DNA from: Azolla caroliniana
Taxonomy: Eukaryota; Plantae; Polypodiophyta
Direction: 5' to 3'
Assembly: GCA_043228905.1 (NCBI GenBank)
Contig: JBHGNT010000018.1
Span: forward strand, 3,472,001 to 3,536,000
Length of the DNA: 64,000 nt
The notes below the pieces were generated by a model, which made no database searches, was not told the origin of the DNA, and worked only from the letters and a program-made list of their open reading frames with translations. Position numbers and translations under genes: made by a program. Shown here piece after piece: positions 11,814 to 23,638 of the stretch (its first letter is position 1; every line of letters starts with the position of its first letter).

Positions 11814-12017
11814 ACTTGAAACTAATGATTTTCTGAAGGCAACCAATGTTTCCAAAATTCTATGGGCAACTAGTATTTCCACAATGTTCCCCGACAATGC
11901 ATCAATGTCTCTTTCATCTAGGGGATATTCAAAATGTAAAACAACGAGAAAGGCAAAACGAAACGCAAGACAACGAGGAGGAGCGGCGCGCTAGTGCAAG
12001 GCGTTTGCGGCGCAACG

Positions 12018-12247
12018 ACAGGAGGTGCGGAAACGGAGCTGGTGCCGCGCTAGCGCATGGAGGTGATTTGCAGACGTGCATACGTGGGGCACAATAGCCT
12101 CTCGCTGCTCATTCCTGTAGACAATCCACAGGAGGTGCGGAAACGGAGCTGGTGTCGCGCTAGTGCATGGAGGTGATCTGCAGACGTGCATACATGGGGC
12201 ACAATAGCCTCTCGCTGCTCATTCCTGTAGACGATCCACAGGCGGTG
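12018..12247. repeat. GC-rich 110-bp tandem duplication (~2.1 copies)
   Basis: acaggaggtgcggaaacggagctggtg... recurs at 12018 and 12128, with a third partial copy at 12238. Confidence 0.9.
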
Positions 12248-12284
12248 TCGTCACAGCCTCCCCGCCGCCGCTGCTTCACTCTGA

Positions 12285-13135
12285 TCACGGGAGGGAATCG
12301 AGCAGGAGTAATGTGAGTACCTCATCGGCAAGAGGTACTTCCAACGAGGTTGCTTGATGTATTAGCTCCTGGAAGGCATTCATGTGCTCCGCCATACTGG
12401 AGCCATCTTGGTACCGGAGCCTCACTAGCTTCCAGAATACCAAAACCCGATTGACAGCATTCTTGTTCTGGAACATGATGTCGATCTTCTCCTAAAGTTC
12501 ATGAGCCTTGTTCTATTCATTGAAGTTGTTGTACAGGCTCATGTCGATGAAACACCAGATGTATTTCGTCGTCTTCATGTGCATCACCTCCCACCTGTGG
12601 CATCAATCTTATCCGGTCTCTTGTCCCCGAACTGAACCGGCAACCAAAGATCTTTAACCACCAGCATGTCCCTCATCTTTGACTTCCACACTGAGTAGTT
12701 GGAGCCGGTGAGCTTGAACATGCCGCCGAACGACTCTTCCATTTCTTGTCTTATAGGCTCTGATACCAGATTGTGAAGAATAGAGCGGAATATTGCTCAG
12801 CCACAACCGAGTCTTGAATCACAAAAATGGGAATGAACGAGAGAGTACATAGAAATGGCACAGGATGTTTACGTGGAAAACCCTAATAGGGAAAAAACCA
12901 CGGGAGCCCACAGACTCCAACTATCACTATATGAGAGGAAATACAAAGTGGAGGCACAGAGGCAATGACCTCGTGCTCGCGATCTTCGCCAGACGGCGGT
13001 TACAACAGAGAGTGCTCGTAGCTACTCTCTCTCTCTCTCTCTGTACAGTAGTTATGCACGTACAACAATATGACAATCACATTATAAAGTGATTGCCCTA
13101 AGTCATATTTATACTTATATGAACTTAGGGCTATT
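12285..13135 (-). mobile_element. Truncated Copia element: partial 5' LTR (13135-12772), Met-tRNA PBS (12768-12757) and decayed gag
   Basis: Reverse complement of TGGTATCAGAGC. The gag-like NRVLVFWKLVRLRYQDGSSMAEHMNAFQELI resembles the gag at 27854. The LTR resembles the 27218 LTR family. Confidence 0.85.
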
Positions 13136-16100
13136 TTCTTATGTATGGAATCCATTTCTGATTGCATAGCACTCATCAAATGTGGATCATCACATGCATC
13201 TTCAAAAGTAAGTGGCTCCTCATTACATGCTATTGCAACAATAGAATAATCCACAAAATTACTTCATGCATGGCGAGATCTTGATCTTGTTCTACCAAGT
13301 AAAGGTGCACTCAATTTGCTATCTTGCAAATTTTGTTTCAGCCACTTTGGCATAATTTGTGCACTCTTGATAGACATGCGCTCATTATGTAATACATCTT
13401 CAATATGTACATCATGCGTGGGCTGAATTTCATGCTCATTTTCAACCATATTTTGTTGCAAATGTTCAGCCATGTTTGGCTGGACATTTTGTGCATTTTC
13501 AACACTTATTTGTTGGAAAATTTCAGCCCTTTGAAGCTCACTTGGCTAGTCTACATGTCCATAGTCAAGCGCACCACTTTGGAACAAAGGCATGAGTGTA
13601 TCAAACACATCTTTGTGAGCTAATTGTTGGCTGTTTTTTGCATTCAAGAAAAGGGAAGGCTGAATTTTCAGCAAATACCACATCTCGACTCACAATAATT
13701 GTATCCGTCTATGGATGGTACAAACGATATCCCTTACTTTCGCTATTGTCAAGACGGAGAGAGAGAGAGAGAGAGAGAGAAAGAAAGAAAGGTATAGTGC
13801 TAAGACAAAGAAAGAGACAGAATTGAAAGAAAAATATTGTATTGTAGAGTAAAATGGATTACAAGGTGTAGGCAACAAAGTGTTACAAAATGGCGTTGAA
13901 CCGATTTAGGTTTGGGATGATTCATAGATCCCTATTTATAAGTAATAGAGAACACCCTAGAATATTCTTAGTCATCCTAGAATGTAAAGTGATCTAGTAG
14001 GTTTCTAGAGTATTCTAGAAGGTTCTAGTGTATGGAACACTCTAGAATATTCTAGGTCATTCTAGAATGTAGAGTAATATAGAATATTCTTATGATATTA
14101 GATTATATATTCTAAAAACTATACATATAAGAATATTAATACAATGGTTAAGGATTTGACATGTGTACAACAAGGTCGTGAACCATTTCGAGGCATGATG
14201 TGAGTGTCATCATGAAACTATCCCCCTTCTTCGACGACACGTCTCACGGGTCGTAGGGTTTGCATTAGGACTTGGTTTATGAGGATATTGACGATGAAAT
14301 GTAGTGACCATATCCGCGACATTGGAAAGATTTGTGGCAGGTTCCCAAGTTCGATAATTGGGGGTATAGCCTAGCCAATCGACCAAGTAATACAGATTGT
14401 TGCGCATGATTTTAGAATCGAGAATGGAAGCAACCTCATATTTGGGTCCATCCAAGAACTCAACAGGTGGTGGGGGTGTCGTAAGACGACCCGGAATTGA
14501 ACTTGTAGTATAAGGTTCCAAAAGGGATACATGAAACACCGGATGAAGACGCATGTGTGGAGGGAGGCCAAGACGAAATGCAACATCACTTATCTTACCA
14601 GTGATCTTGTAAGGGCCAAAACGTTGGTAATCCAATTTACTACAAGGCCAAGTGATCTTGATGTTGTGTTGGAGAAGCCATACATGATCCCTAACGTGGA
14701 ACTTTTTGAGGAGTGTAGGCGATGATGATCTGCAAGCCTCTTGTGTGTAACTTGAGCATCATGCAAATTGTGGAGAATGGTAGCATGAATTTCTTGGAGG
14801 TGACTAAGACGATCCTCGGCAGCAATATTGGTAGGAACATCTGGATGCGCATTCATTGTCCATTGATGATGACAACCTGTATTTGCGAAAAATGGGGAAT
14901 ATCCCATAGAAGAATGGGCTAAGTTGTTGTCAGAGAATTCCGCCAAGTGTAAAAAATCAACCCAATCATCTTGTTGATAGTTGATGAAACAACGAAGATA
15001 TTGCTCCAAAGTTTGGTTGGTATGCTCAGTTGGGCCATTAGTTTCCGGATGATAGCCCAAACAAAGCTTAACCGAAATATGGAGAAGTTTGAACATTTTC
15101 TTCCAAAACTTTGAGATGAATTGTGGACCACGATCACTAATAATATCATCCTAATGACCATACCTCCCGCATAACGAGATTAACAACCTCTTGGCTTGTA
15201 CTAGATTTCGTACATGGCAAGAAATGTGCCATTTTGGTAAGTCGATCAACCATTGTGAGAATTGCATCAAAACCTTTTGAAACTGGGAGATCGGTAATAA
15301 AATCCAAGGATATAGACTTCCAAGGATTTTCCAGAATGGGAAGTGGTTGTAGTAAGCCATAGGATCGGTGTCGAGCACTCTTCGATCGACAACATATATC
15401 ACAACTACGAACATACTCCTCAACAAAATGACGAAGGCGAGGCCACCAATAGTGTTGAGAAATTAATTCTAGAGTTTTGTGAACTGCAAAATGACCAGCC
15501 ATTGGTGAGTCATGGCAATGTTGTAAGACTTGTAGTAGTGGGGGACCATCAGGAACATACAATAGGTTTTGTCGAAACAGAAAACCACCATGCCAATAAA
15601 ATTGATGATAGTCTTTACGAGGGTTTTTTGACTACGAGCAAGAAGCATGATCCAAGACGATATGATCCAAAACATCCTTGACAAATTCATCAGTGGCCAT
15701 ATGATCTCGAATAGAATCAACAAGAGTGGAATCTTCAAGAGTTGTTATGGCATTAACTACCATTAATCGTAAGTGATTAGGACCCAAAAGGATTTGTTTT
15801 TGATGCTCAAATGTGCCAGGTTCCCTTGGACGAAGTTCCATATAAGAGCACCGAGAAAGAGCATTTGCTTTGCCTTGCTGCATCCCAGGGCGATATATGA
15901 TGACAAAGTCGAAGTGAGTCAAAAATTGCGCCCACCGGGCTTGTTGCCGACTCAAGACTCGAGCATTTTGGAAATATGTCAAGTTCTTATTATCGTTGTA
16001 AACAATGATCTACTGCGAAGAACCTTCTAGAAAATGTTGCCATTGTTGAAAAGAATCCACAATTGCAAGAAGTTCTTTGTCATGGATCTCGTAGTTGATC

Positions 16101-19100
16101 TCTGCAGCTTCAAACTTTCGGGAATGAAAGGCGACAAGGTGTAGTCGTCCATCATCTCCAATCTACGATAAGACACTCCCTAGTGCAAAATCGGATGCAT
16201 CGGCTTCAAGGATGAAACGTTTTGTTGGGTCGACATGTGCAAAGATAGGTGTCATTCTAAATGATCGTTTTAAGATTTCGAATACTTCGGTTGCATCTGA
16301 ACTCCATATAAATGGCTGATTTTTGTGTGTGAGTTGAGTGAGCGGAAGCACGACCTTGGAATAATCTATAATAAATTTTCGATAGAAATTTGCAAACCCG
16401 AGAAAACATTGCACATCGCACACTAAAAGGGGCGTTTGCCACTCTAAAATTGCTTGTACCTTCATGGGGTCCATAGCAATACCATCTGATGATACAACAT
16501 ACCCCAAAAATTCCACTTGATTTTGGCCGAAACTACACTTTTCCAATTTTGCGTAGAGACCATATTCTCAGAGTCGACGCAATACCATTTTACTCTACAA
16601 TACAATATTTCCCTTTCAATTCTCTCTCTTTCTTTGTCTTAGCGCTATACCTTTCTCTCTCTTTCTCTCTCTCTCTCTCGCTCTCTCTCCGTCTTGAAAG
16701 TTTGAACCGATTTAGGTTTGGGATGATTCATAGATCCCTATTTATAAGTAATAGAGACCATCCTAGAATATTCTAGGTCATCCTAGAATGTAAAGTGATC
16801 TAGAAGGTTTCTAGAGTATTCTAGAAGGTTCTAGTGTATGGAACACTCTAGAATATTCTAGGTCATTCTAGAATGTAGAGTAATATAGAATATTATTATG
16901 ATATTAGATTATATATTCTAAAAATTATACATATACGAATATTAATACAATGGTTAAGGATTTGACATGTGTACAACAAGGTCGTGGGTTCAAACCCTTT
17001 CGAGGCATGATGTGAGTGTCATCATGACAACTATAACCAACAAATATGCATTTCTTTGCCTTGTCATCAAGTTTGTGACATTGTTGTGATGGCACAAGAG
17101 CATATGCCAAACAACCAAACATATGCATATGACTAACCATAGGTTTATGTCCATTCTAAGCCTCATATGGAGTAATGACTCTCAATGCTTTTGTAGGGCA
17201 ATGATTCAACACATAATTTGCACACATAACCGCTTCCATCCAAAACTTGTTAGGAAGATACTTTCCTTTAACCATACATCGTGCTATCTCTAAGAGTGTT
17301 CTATTTTTGCGCTCCGCAACACCATTTTGTTGAGGTGTATATGACACCGTACATTGATGTGAAATACCTCTTTCACAAAGAAAAGCATTAAACTCATGTG
17401 ACATGTATTCACCGCCACAATCCATGCGTAGAGTAAAGGGCTTATTTCCAGAAAAAGTTTCAGTCATAGCTAAAAATGATTTGAAGCAAGAAAATACCTC
17501 ATTCTTTGCTTTCATAGGATACACCCATGTATGGCGAGTAGCATCATCAATGAAGGTAACAAAATATACATGCTTTCCAAAAGATGGAGTCTTCACGGGA
17601 CCACACACATCACTATGAACAAGTTGTAATTTTCTTGTAGTGTGTGTATGACTATCTTTTGGAAAAGGAGCACGATGCATTTTTCCAAGAATGCAACATT
17701 CACATGCATGTTTTTCAATGGACTCAAGTGTAGGCAACCCAATAACCATATCCTTCTTTCGCAAATGGAGCAAACTATTGAAGTTCAAGTGACCAAAACG
17801 AGCATGCCAAAGCTCCATTTCAGCCATGGAAGAATTATGGACCGCCAAGGCATTTAGAGCAGCCCTCTTGTATGTATCCAAGCAATACAAGCCATTGCAT
17901 AATGTACCGGACATAACGATAACATCGCCATTGCTGAAATCATGAACCATGCACTTATCATCAACAAAATGTACATGAAGTCCAGCTTTGGCAATCAAAG
18001 GAACCGAAATTAAGTTCTTCTTGATATCGGGCACATACAATACATTCTTTAAGATGACAATGCCTCCATTTGCAGTTGTAAGGTCAATTTCTCCTACTCC
18101 AATGGTAGGATAGGAGGCTTTGTTTGCACACACCACATGTCCTCCTTTGGGTGAATCTTTCAAGGATGCAAAAAAATGTTTGCATGAAGTAATGTGCTTT
18201 GAAGCACCACTATCAAAGAACCAATCCGAATCAATCTCACTTACAACCATACACTTAGAGTGCAATGATGCATCATAATGATATGGAACAACACATGCCC
18301 AATAATCTTGTGCAATGTTGGCTTCATCACTCTTTGCACATGAAAAATTTTCAGCAATGGTCATGTTGTATTCCTTCTTCTTCTCATTGCACTTAACAAG
18401 CTTTCTACACTCATCAATAGTATGACTAGCCTTCCGGCAATACTTGCATCTCTTCTTCTTTTGCAAATCTCCATCATTAGAGGAATGAGTGGAAGAGGGA
18501 GGTTGAGTCTTTGGTTTTGATGAACCAAAAGTTGAACCATGCTTGTTTTTTATCTTTTGTGAGATAGCAAGTGCTTGTGTTCCCTTTATCAAACCACTTC
18601 TAATCACTCTAGATTGTTCTTCTTGCAAAAGAAGAGACACAACCTCATCAAATGCATACATATGGGTATTTCCTTTTGCAACCAAACAGATTGTAGTAGC
18701 AAAGCTTTGAAAAGATTTGGGTAACCCTTTCAACAATGTAGAGATGAGTGATGTATTCGGAATGTTCTCATCTATGTTTGGCAATTGCTCTTTCAAATCT
18801 TCAATGCGTGTCACATACACATCTACTGACTCATTTTTAGCCATGTATACATCCGCAAGTTGCTTTCTCAAATATGCAACATGTGCTTCATTACGCAAGG
18901 CATACAACGAAGCAAGAGTGTCCCATGCTTGTTTTGATGAAGAGCATGACCAAATATGTGGAACTATATGACGCTTCATAGAAAGTGCAATCAATGGATG
19001 AGCTTGAGCATCTTTTCCATCCCATCTAAGTTGCTCCCGAGTAGGTGGAGTAGATGAAGTCATTGTTCTCGAAGAAGAACCTGTATATGTGACAATAGAC

Positions 19101-19282
19101 TGTGAAATAGAAGGACCGGCGGGACGCCAATCTACATCTACAAGCATGTTCCATAGTTGTTTGGCAACAAGTACGTGTTTCATCATGTAGAACCACATTG
19201 GATAGTTAGTCCCATCAAGCTTATCCTCAGCTTGAAGCATGCCAAACAAGTCATTGTTGTTTGCCATTTCACCAAAGAACAA
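13136..19282 (-). mobile_element. Copia internal region (gag-PR-GAGpre-INT-start of RT), split by a Gypsy insertion; no LTRs found
   Basis: ORF 19282-17156 has a CCHC knuckle (CKYCRKASHTIDEC), WFFDSGAS, WHARFGH, LVHSDVCGP and PQQNGVAERKNR. It continues CIFVGYS|ESKGYRLY across the 13747-17029 insertion. RT start EPLTFEDA...MQSEMDSI at ~13250-13136. Confidence 0.92.
13747..17029 (-). mobile_element. Internally deleted chromoviral Gypsy element with two LTRs (13747-~14217; ~16585-17029)
   Basis: TG...CA ends, TSD gctat/actat, PPT at ~14218-14232. Frameshifted RT end, RNaseH (EADASDFALG), integrase and chromodomain (YEVASILDSK...YLVDWLGY...TWEP). LTRs are rich in TCTAGA subrepeats. Confidence 0.92.
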
Positions 19283-19388
19283 GAAAGTGGTAAAATCTTA
19301 CCTCAACGAAATCTAACATGGGGAAAAAACCTCTAGCCAACACTAGAGTAAAAAGTGCCCATGTATAGGGAAAAGGTTCACATCAACG

Positions 19389-20680
19389 CTACTCGAGGAA
19401 CACGTAAGTGTAACAGTTAGTTGGGACTTCTTCCTGGTCGGCACCAACAATTACTAAATCATCAACATAAAGTAAAATACTAACCAGCCCACTCCAACCT
19501 TTCCGGATGAAGTGAAGAGTCTGACTTCGACATGGAAAACCCCATTCAACATAGGTTGTGTGATCTTCGCGTTCCAGGCACGTGGGGCTTGCTTTAGTCC
19601 GTAGAAGGACTTCTTCAGTTGGCAAACAACCTATGTGTTCATTCCGAACTGAAATGGGGGGGGGGGGGGGGGGTTGTACCATGTACACCTGTTTCTCAAG
19701 CTCACCTTGTAGGAACACATTCTTTACATCCATTTGATGTAAGTGCCGCCCCTTTGCCGCGGCTACAACTAGCAAAACATGGGCGGTCATCATCTTCGCA
19801 ACCAATGCAAACATCTCATCGTAGTCGATGTCGTGTTGCTACGGATAGCCTTTCGCCACTAATCGGGCCTTGTATCGGTTGACGGAGCCATCGGTGTTGT
19901 ACTTGATCTTGTACACCCATCTACACCCGATCAGCTTTACTCCCTTTGGAACATCAACGAAATCCCATGTTTCATTCTCCGTGAGTGCGCACATCTCTTC
20001 CTCCATAGCGGCGCGCTAGTTTGCGTCATGTGTGGCTTCTACATAGCTCTCCGGGTCACGCACTTCCGCCACCTTTGTCATGTATGCATAGTGATGCGCC
20101 ATGTAGTCATTATATCTGTATCAAACTACGGGGTGCTTCTGGCGGGTAGATCGGCAAATCTTCTGGTTCGCCAATTTGAGGGCCCTCTTGACCGACTCAA
20201 ACTTCGTTCCAAAAGGTCCATATTCGTTCTTTCCGGAGTCGGATTCGCTCCTATCTGACTCTCCTTTGTCGGTGTGGTATTCCAACATCTTCTTCTTCCC
20301 TTTCTCTTTCTGCGTGAACCGTCTCCTTGGTTCCTTGCACCGGGAGAGTACGGTCGAGTCTCCACTACTCGCCAGCTCTTCATCCAACTGGTCGTTCCAA
20401 CTCTATCTCTCATTTGTCCTACTTAGCCAGACTCAGATCATACTCTCTTCTAGAGCTCCAATTTCTTCTTCGTTAGGAGACATTTCAACCTCACTAACCT
20501 CATCTTCAAAGATCGAAATGGAGTTGTCGGGGGTTGGAAATGAGGACAAGTACCATGATGTTGACTCATCGAACATGACATCTCGACTGACCCGCACTTG
20601 TTTGGTTCAAGGGTTATAACATTTATAACCCTTCTACTCGTCCAAGTAACCGACGAGAATGCACTTCTCGGCTTTTGGGG
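19389..20680 (-). mobile_element. Decayed Copia fragment (integrase C-terminus to RT)
   Basis: KCILVGY..KGYKCYNP; MEEEMCALTENETWD; YKARLVAKGY; HQMDVKNVFLQGEL; LLYVDDL. Confidence 0.88.
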
Positions 20681-20869
20681 ATTTTCGGCCTTAGCCGAGT
20701 TTGTTATTGACTGATTCGGCTTATCTCTCTCTAGTCAGTGCTTAGTTGGCCCCTGACGATCCAACTCCTTGCGCAATATCCGAATTCTGACTCGAACAAA
20801 CCGACTATCATCCGGCTCTTCAGTCAATCGGCTTTAGGCCGATCCGGCTGGCTCTCCATCCCATTTGGA

Positions 20870-22700
20870 GGGACTGGATTCTCAACACTTGATCTACTCA
20901 AAAACTCAAGAGGAACATGATATACACATTCATCAAGCTTTGCAACGGTTTCGAGAATATGGTCTCTATGCAAAATTGGAGAAGTGTAGTTTTGACCAAT
21001 GTCAAGTGGAATTTTTGGGGTACATAGTCTCTTCAAGTGGCATTATGGATCCAACAAAGGTTCAAACAATTTTCGATTGGCAAACGCCACAGTCAATGCA
21101 AGATGTGCAATGTTTTTTGGGGTTCGAAAACTGTTATCACAAGTTCATCAAAGATTACTCAAAGATTGTGTTGCCCCTCACTCAATTGACGCAAAAGAAA
21201 TGACCATTTGTATGGAGTACAAATGCAAACTCTACATTTGAGGGTTTAAAACAAGCATTTACATCTGCACCAATTTTGATGCATGTTGATTCAACAAAGC
21301 GCTTTATACTCAAAGCTAATGCATTCGACTTCGCACTAGAAAACGTACTATCCCAGATTGGAGATGATGGCCAATTACACCCTGTGGCTTTTCACTCATG
21401 AAAATTTGAAGCTGCAGAAATCAACTACGAGATTCACGACAAAGAGCTTCTTGCCATTGTGGATTCTTTTCAACAACGGCGTCATTTTTTGGAAGGTTCT
21501 TCTCAACGGATTATTGTCTACGATGATCACAAAAATCTAACATACTTCCAAAGTGCTCGAGTATTGAGTGGTCGACAAGCTCGTTGGGCACAATTCTTAA
21601 CTCATTTGGATTTTGTAATTATATATCACCATGGGATGCAACAAGGAAAAGTAGACGCTTTATCTCATTGTTCATATATGGAACTTCAACTAGGAGAGGC
21701 CGCATTTGAAAGTCAGAAGCAAATCCTCTTAGGTCCTGACTGTCTACGACTAATGGCAATTCATAATATAAAAACACCTAAATATTGAAGTCTTCTTGAT
21801 TCCATTTGGGAGCATATTGAGTTTGATGAGTTCACCCAAGAACTTTTGAACCATATTATCCCAAATCGTGCTTCTTGCCCACAATCTCAAAATCCTCGTC
21901 AAGACTACACCCAGTTTAGTTGGCATGATGGTTTACTTTTTCAACAAAATATATTGTATGTGCCTGATGGACCTTCTCATCTCCAAGTCTTACAACAATG
22001 TCATGACACACCAATGGTTGGATGTTTCGGCATCCACAAGACTTTTGAGTTAATTTCTCGAAGATATTGTTGGCCACAACTTCGCCATTTTGTTAAGGAT
22101 TATGTTCATAGTTGTGATACATGTTGCCGATCAAAAAACCCTCGACATCATCCATATGGATTATTACAGCCAATGCCTATTCCTGAGAACCCATGGAAAT
22201 CTATTTCATTGGACTTCATTATGGATCTACCACCTTCCAAGGGTTTTGATGCTATTCTCACGGTAGTAAGGCCATTAATAGCCAAGAGACATCTGATTTA
22301 CTCATGCGGGAGGTGTCCAACATCATGGTCTTCCAAATGATATTATCAGTGATTGGGGTCCCCATTTCATCTCAAAATTTTGGAGGCACATGTTCAAACT
22401 CTTACATACTTCGTGCAAACTCTCTTCCGTCTACCGTCTACAAACTAATGGGCAAAGTGCGTGCACCAACCAAACATTAGAGCAATATCTTCGATGTTTT
22501 ATCAACTATCAACAAGTTTATTGGGTTGATCTATTTGGCGGAATTTTCTTACAACAACTCAGAACATTCTTCTATTGGATATTCGCCATTTTTTGCGAGC
22601 ATTGGGTACCATCCTCGTTGGACGATGCTTGAACATTAAGAACTCTCAACAAACCCGACTATTGAAGATTGGCTCATCCAACTCCAAGATATTCAAGATA
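20870..22700 (+). mobile_element. Decayed Gypsy pol fragment (RT end, RNaseH, integrase), related to the 13747-17029 element and in opposite orientation
   Basis: [56 protein letters not shown]. Many stops and frameshifts. Confidence 0.9.
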
Positions 22701-22869
22701 TCCTTTTGCACACCCTCTCAAACCGAACTGAACCGTTACCGATTGTTAAATACTCTAGAACATTCTAGAATACTCTATAAGGACCTATAAATAGGTGTCC
22801 ACTCATTCATCAAAACTCATTCAATTCAACACCAGTCTTCAACCCCTTAGCCTACTCTTTGTAACCTTT

Positions 22870-23638
22870 GTTCTCCTATTTGGTCTATGCATTGATGAAT
22901 TGGAAGAAATGGTTACCAAGTTTGCAAAGGAAGAATGTGTTGAAGAAGTTGCCATTGGGAATGTTGTTATTATGCTTTTGCTATATGCAGATGATGTAGT
23001 GCTTTTTGCAAATACTTTAGGAGATGCACAAAAGCAAATAAAGGCATTGGAAAAAATTTGCATGCATACTAAATTAAGTGTCAATAGCTCTAAAACAAAT
23101 ATTATGCTTGTGAAGAGCCAAAAAAGAGATAAACCATGCATTATGTACAATGATGAGCCACTTGAATGTGTGGAAAGCTTCAAATATATTGGCCTTGAAG
23201 TTCCTTCAAATCATAGATGGAATGAATGTGCTACACGCCGCTTAGAGGCGGGTAAGCGAGCATACTATGCATTTCAGAACACATGCAATCTTGGAGATAT
23301 TAAGTGTTGGGTCCTCAAGAAATATCTTTTCGACACTTTGGTGACACCAGTTCTTCTCTATGGGGTGGAAGTATGGGGCGGTAGCATCCCTAAATCTATG
23401 TGGAAAGAGTTTGAAAATGTCCAAAAACATTTTCTTACAAAGTTTCTACAAGTTAAGAAACAAACGTCGTACACCCTCCTCCTTGAGACGGGATCGCTTC
23501 CCATTGAGATCATGGCCATGGAAAGGGTTGTTGAATACATGCTTAAGGTTCAAAAAAGTCCCTCAGATCGACTTCCTAGAATTGCATGGGAAGCAAGCAA
23601 AAAGTTCCAAAAGACACATAAAAGCAAAATTTTGTGTT
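22870..23638 (+). mobile_element. RTE/L2-group LINE, RT C-terminal half (left part of a split copy)
   Basis: LFGLCIDE, LLYADD, FKYIG, LLYGVEVWG. The sequence continues at 37752-37767 and 38288-38910, matching the uninterrupted copy at 56621-57747. Confidence 0.9.

Noticed and set aside
17156-19282. Domesticated Copia gag-integrase gene (708-aa open ORF without LTRs)
   Set aside because: It carries substitutions at conserved sites, ends in a premature stop and continues into a disrupted integrase and RT. There is no evidence of selection.
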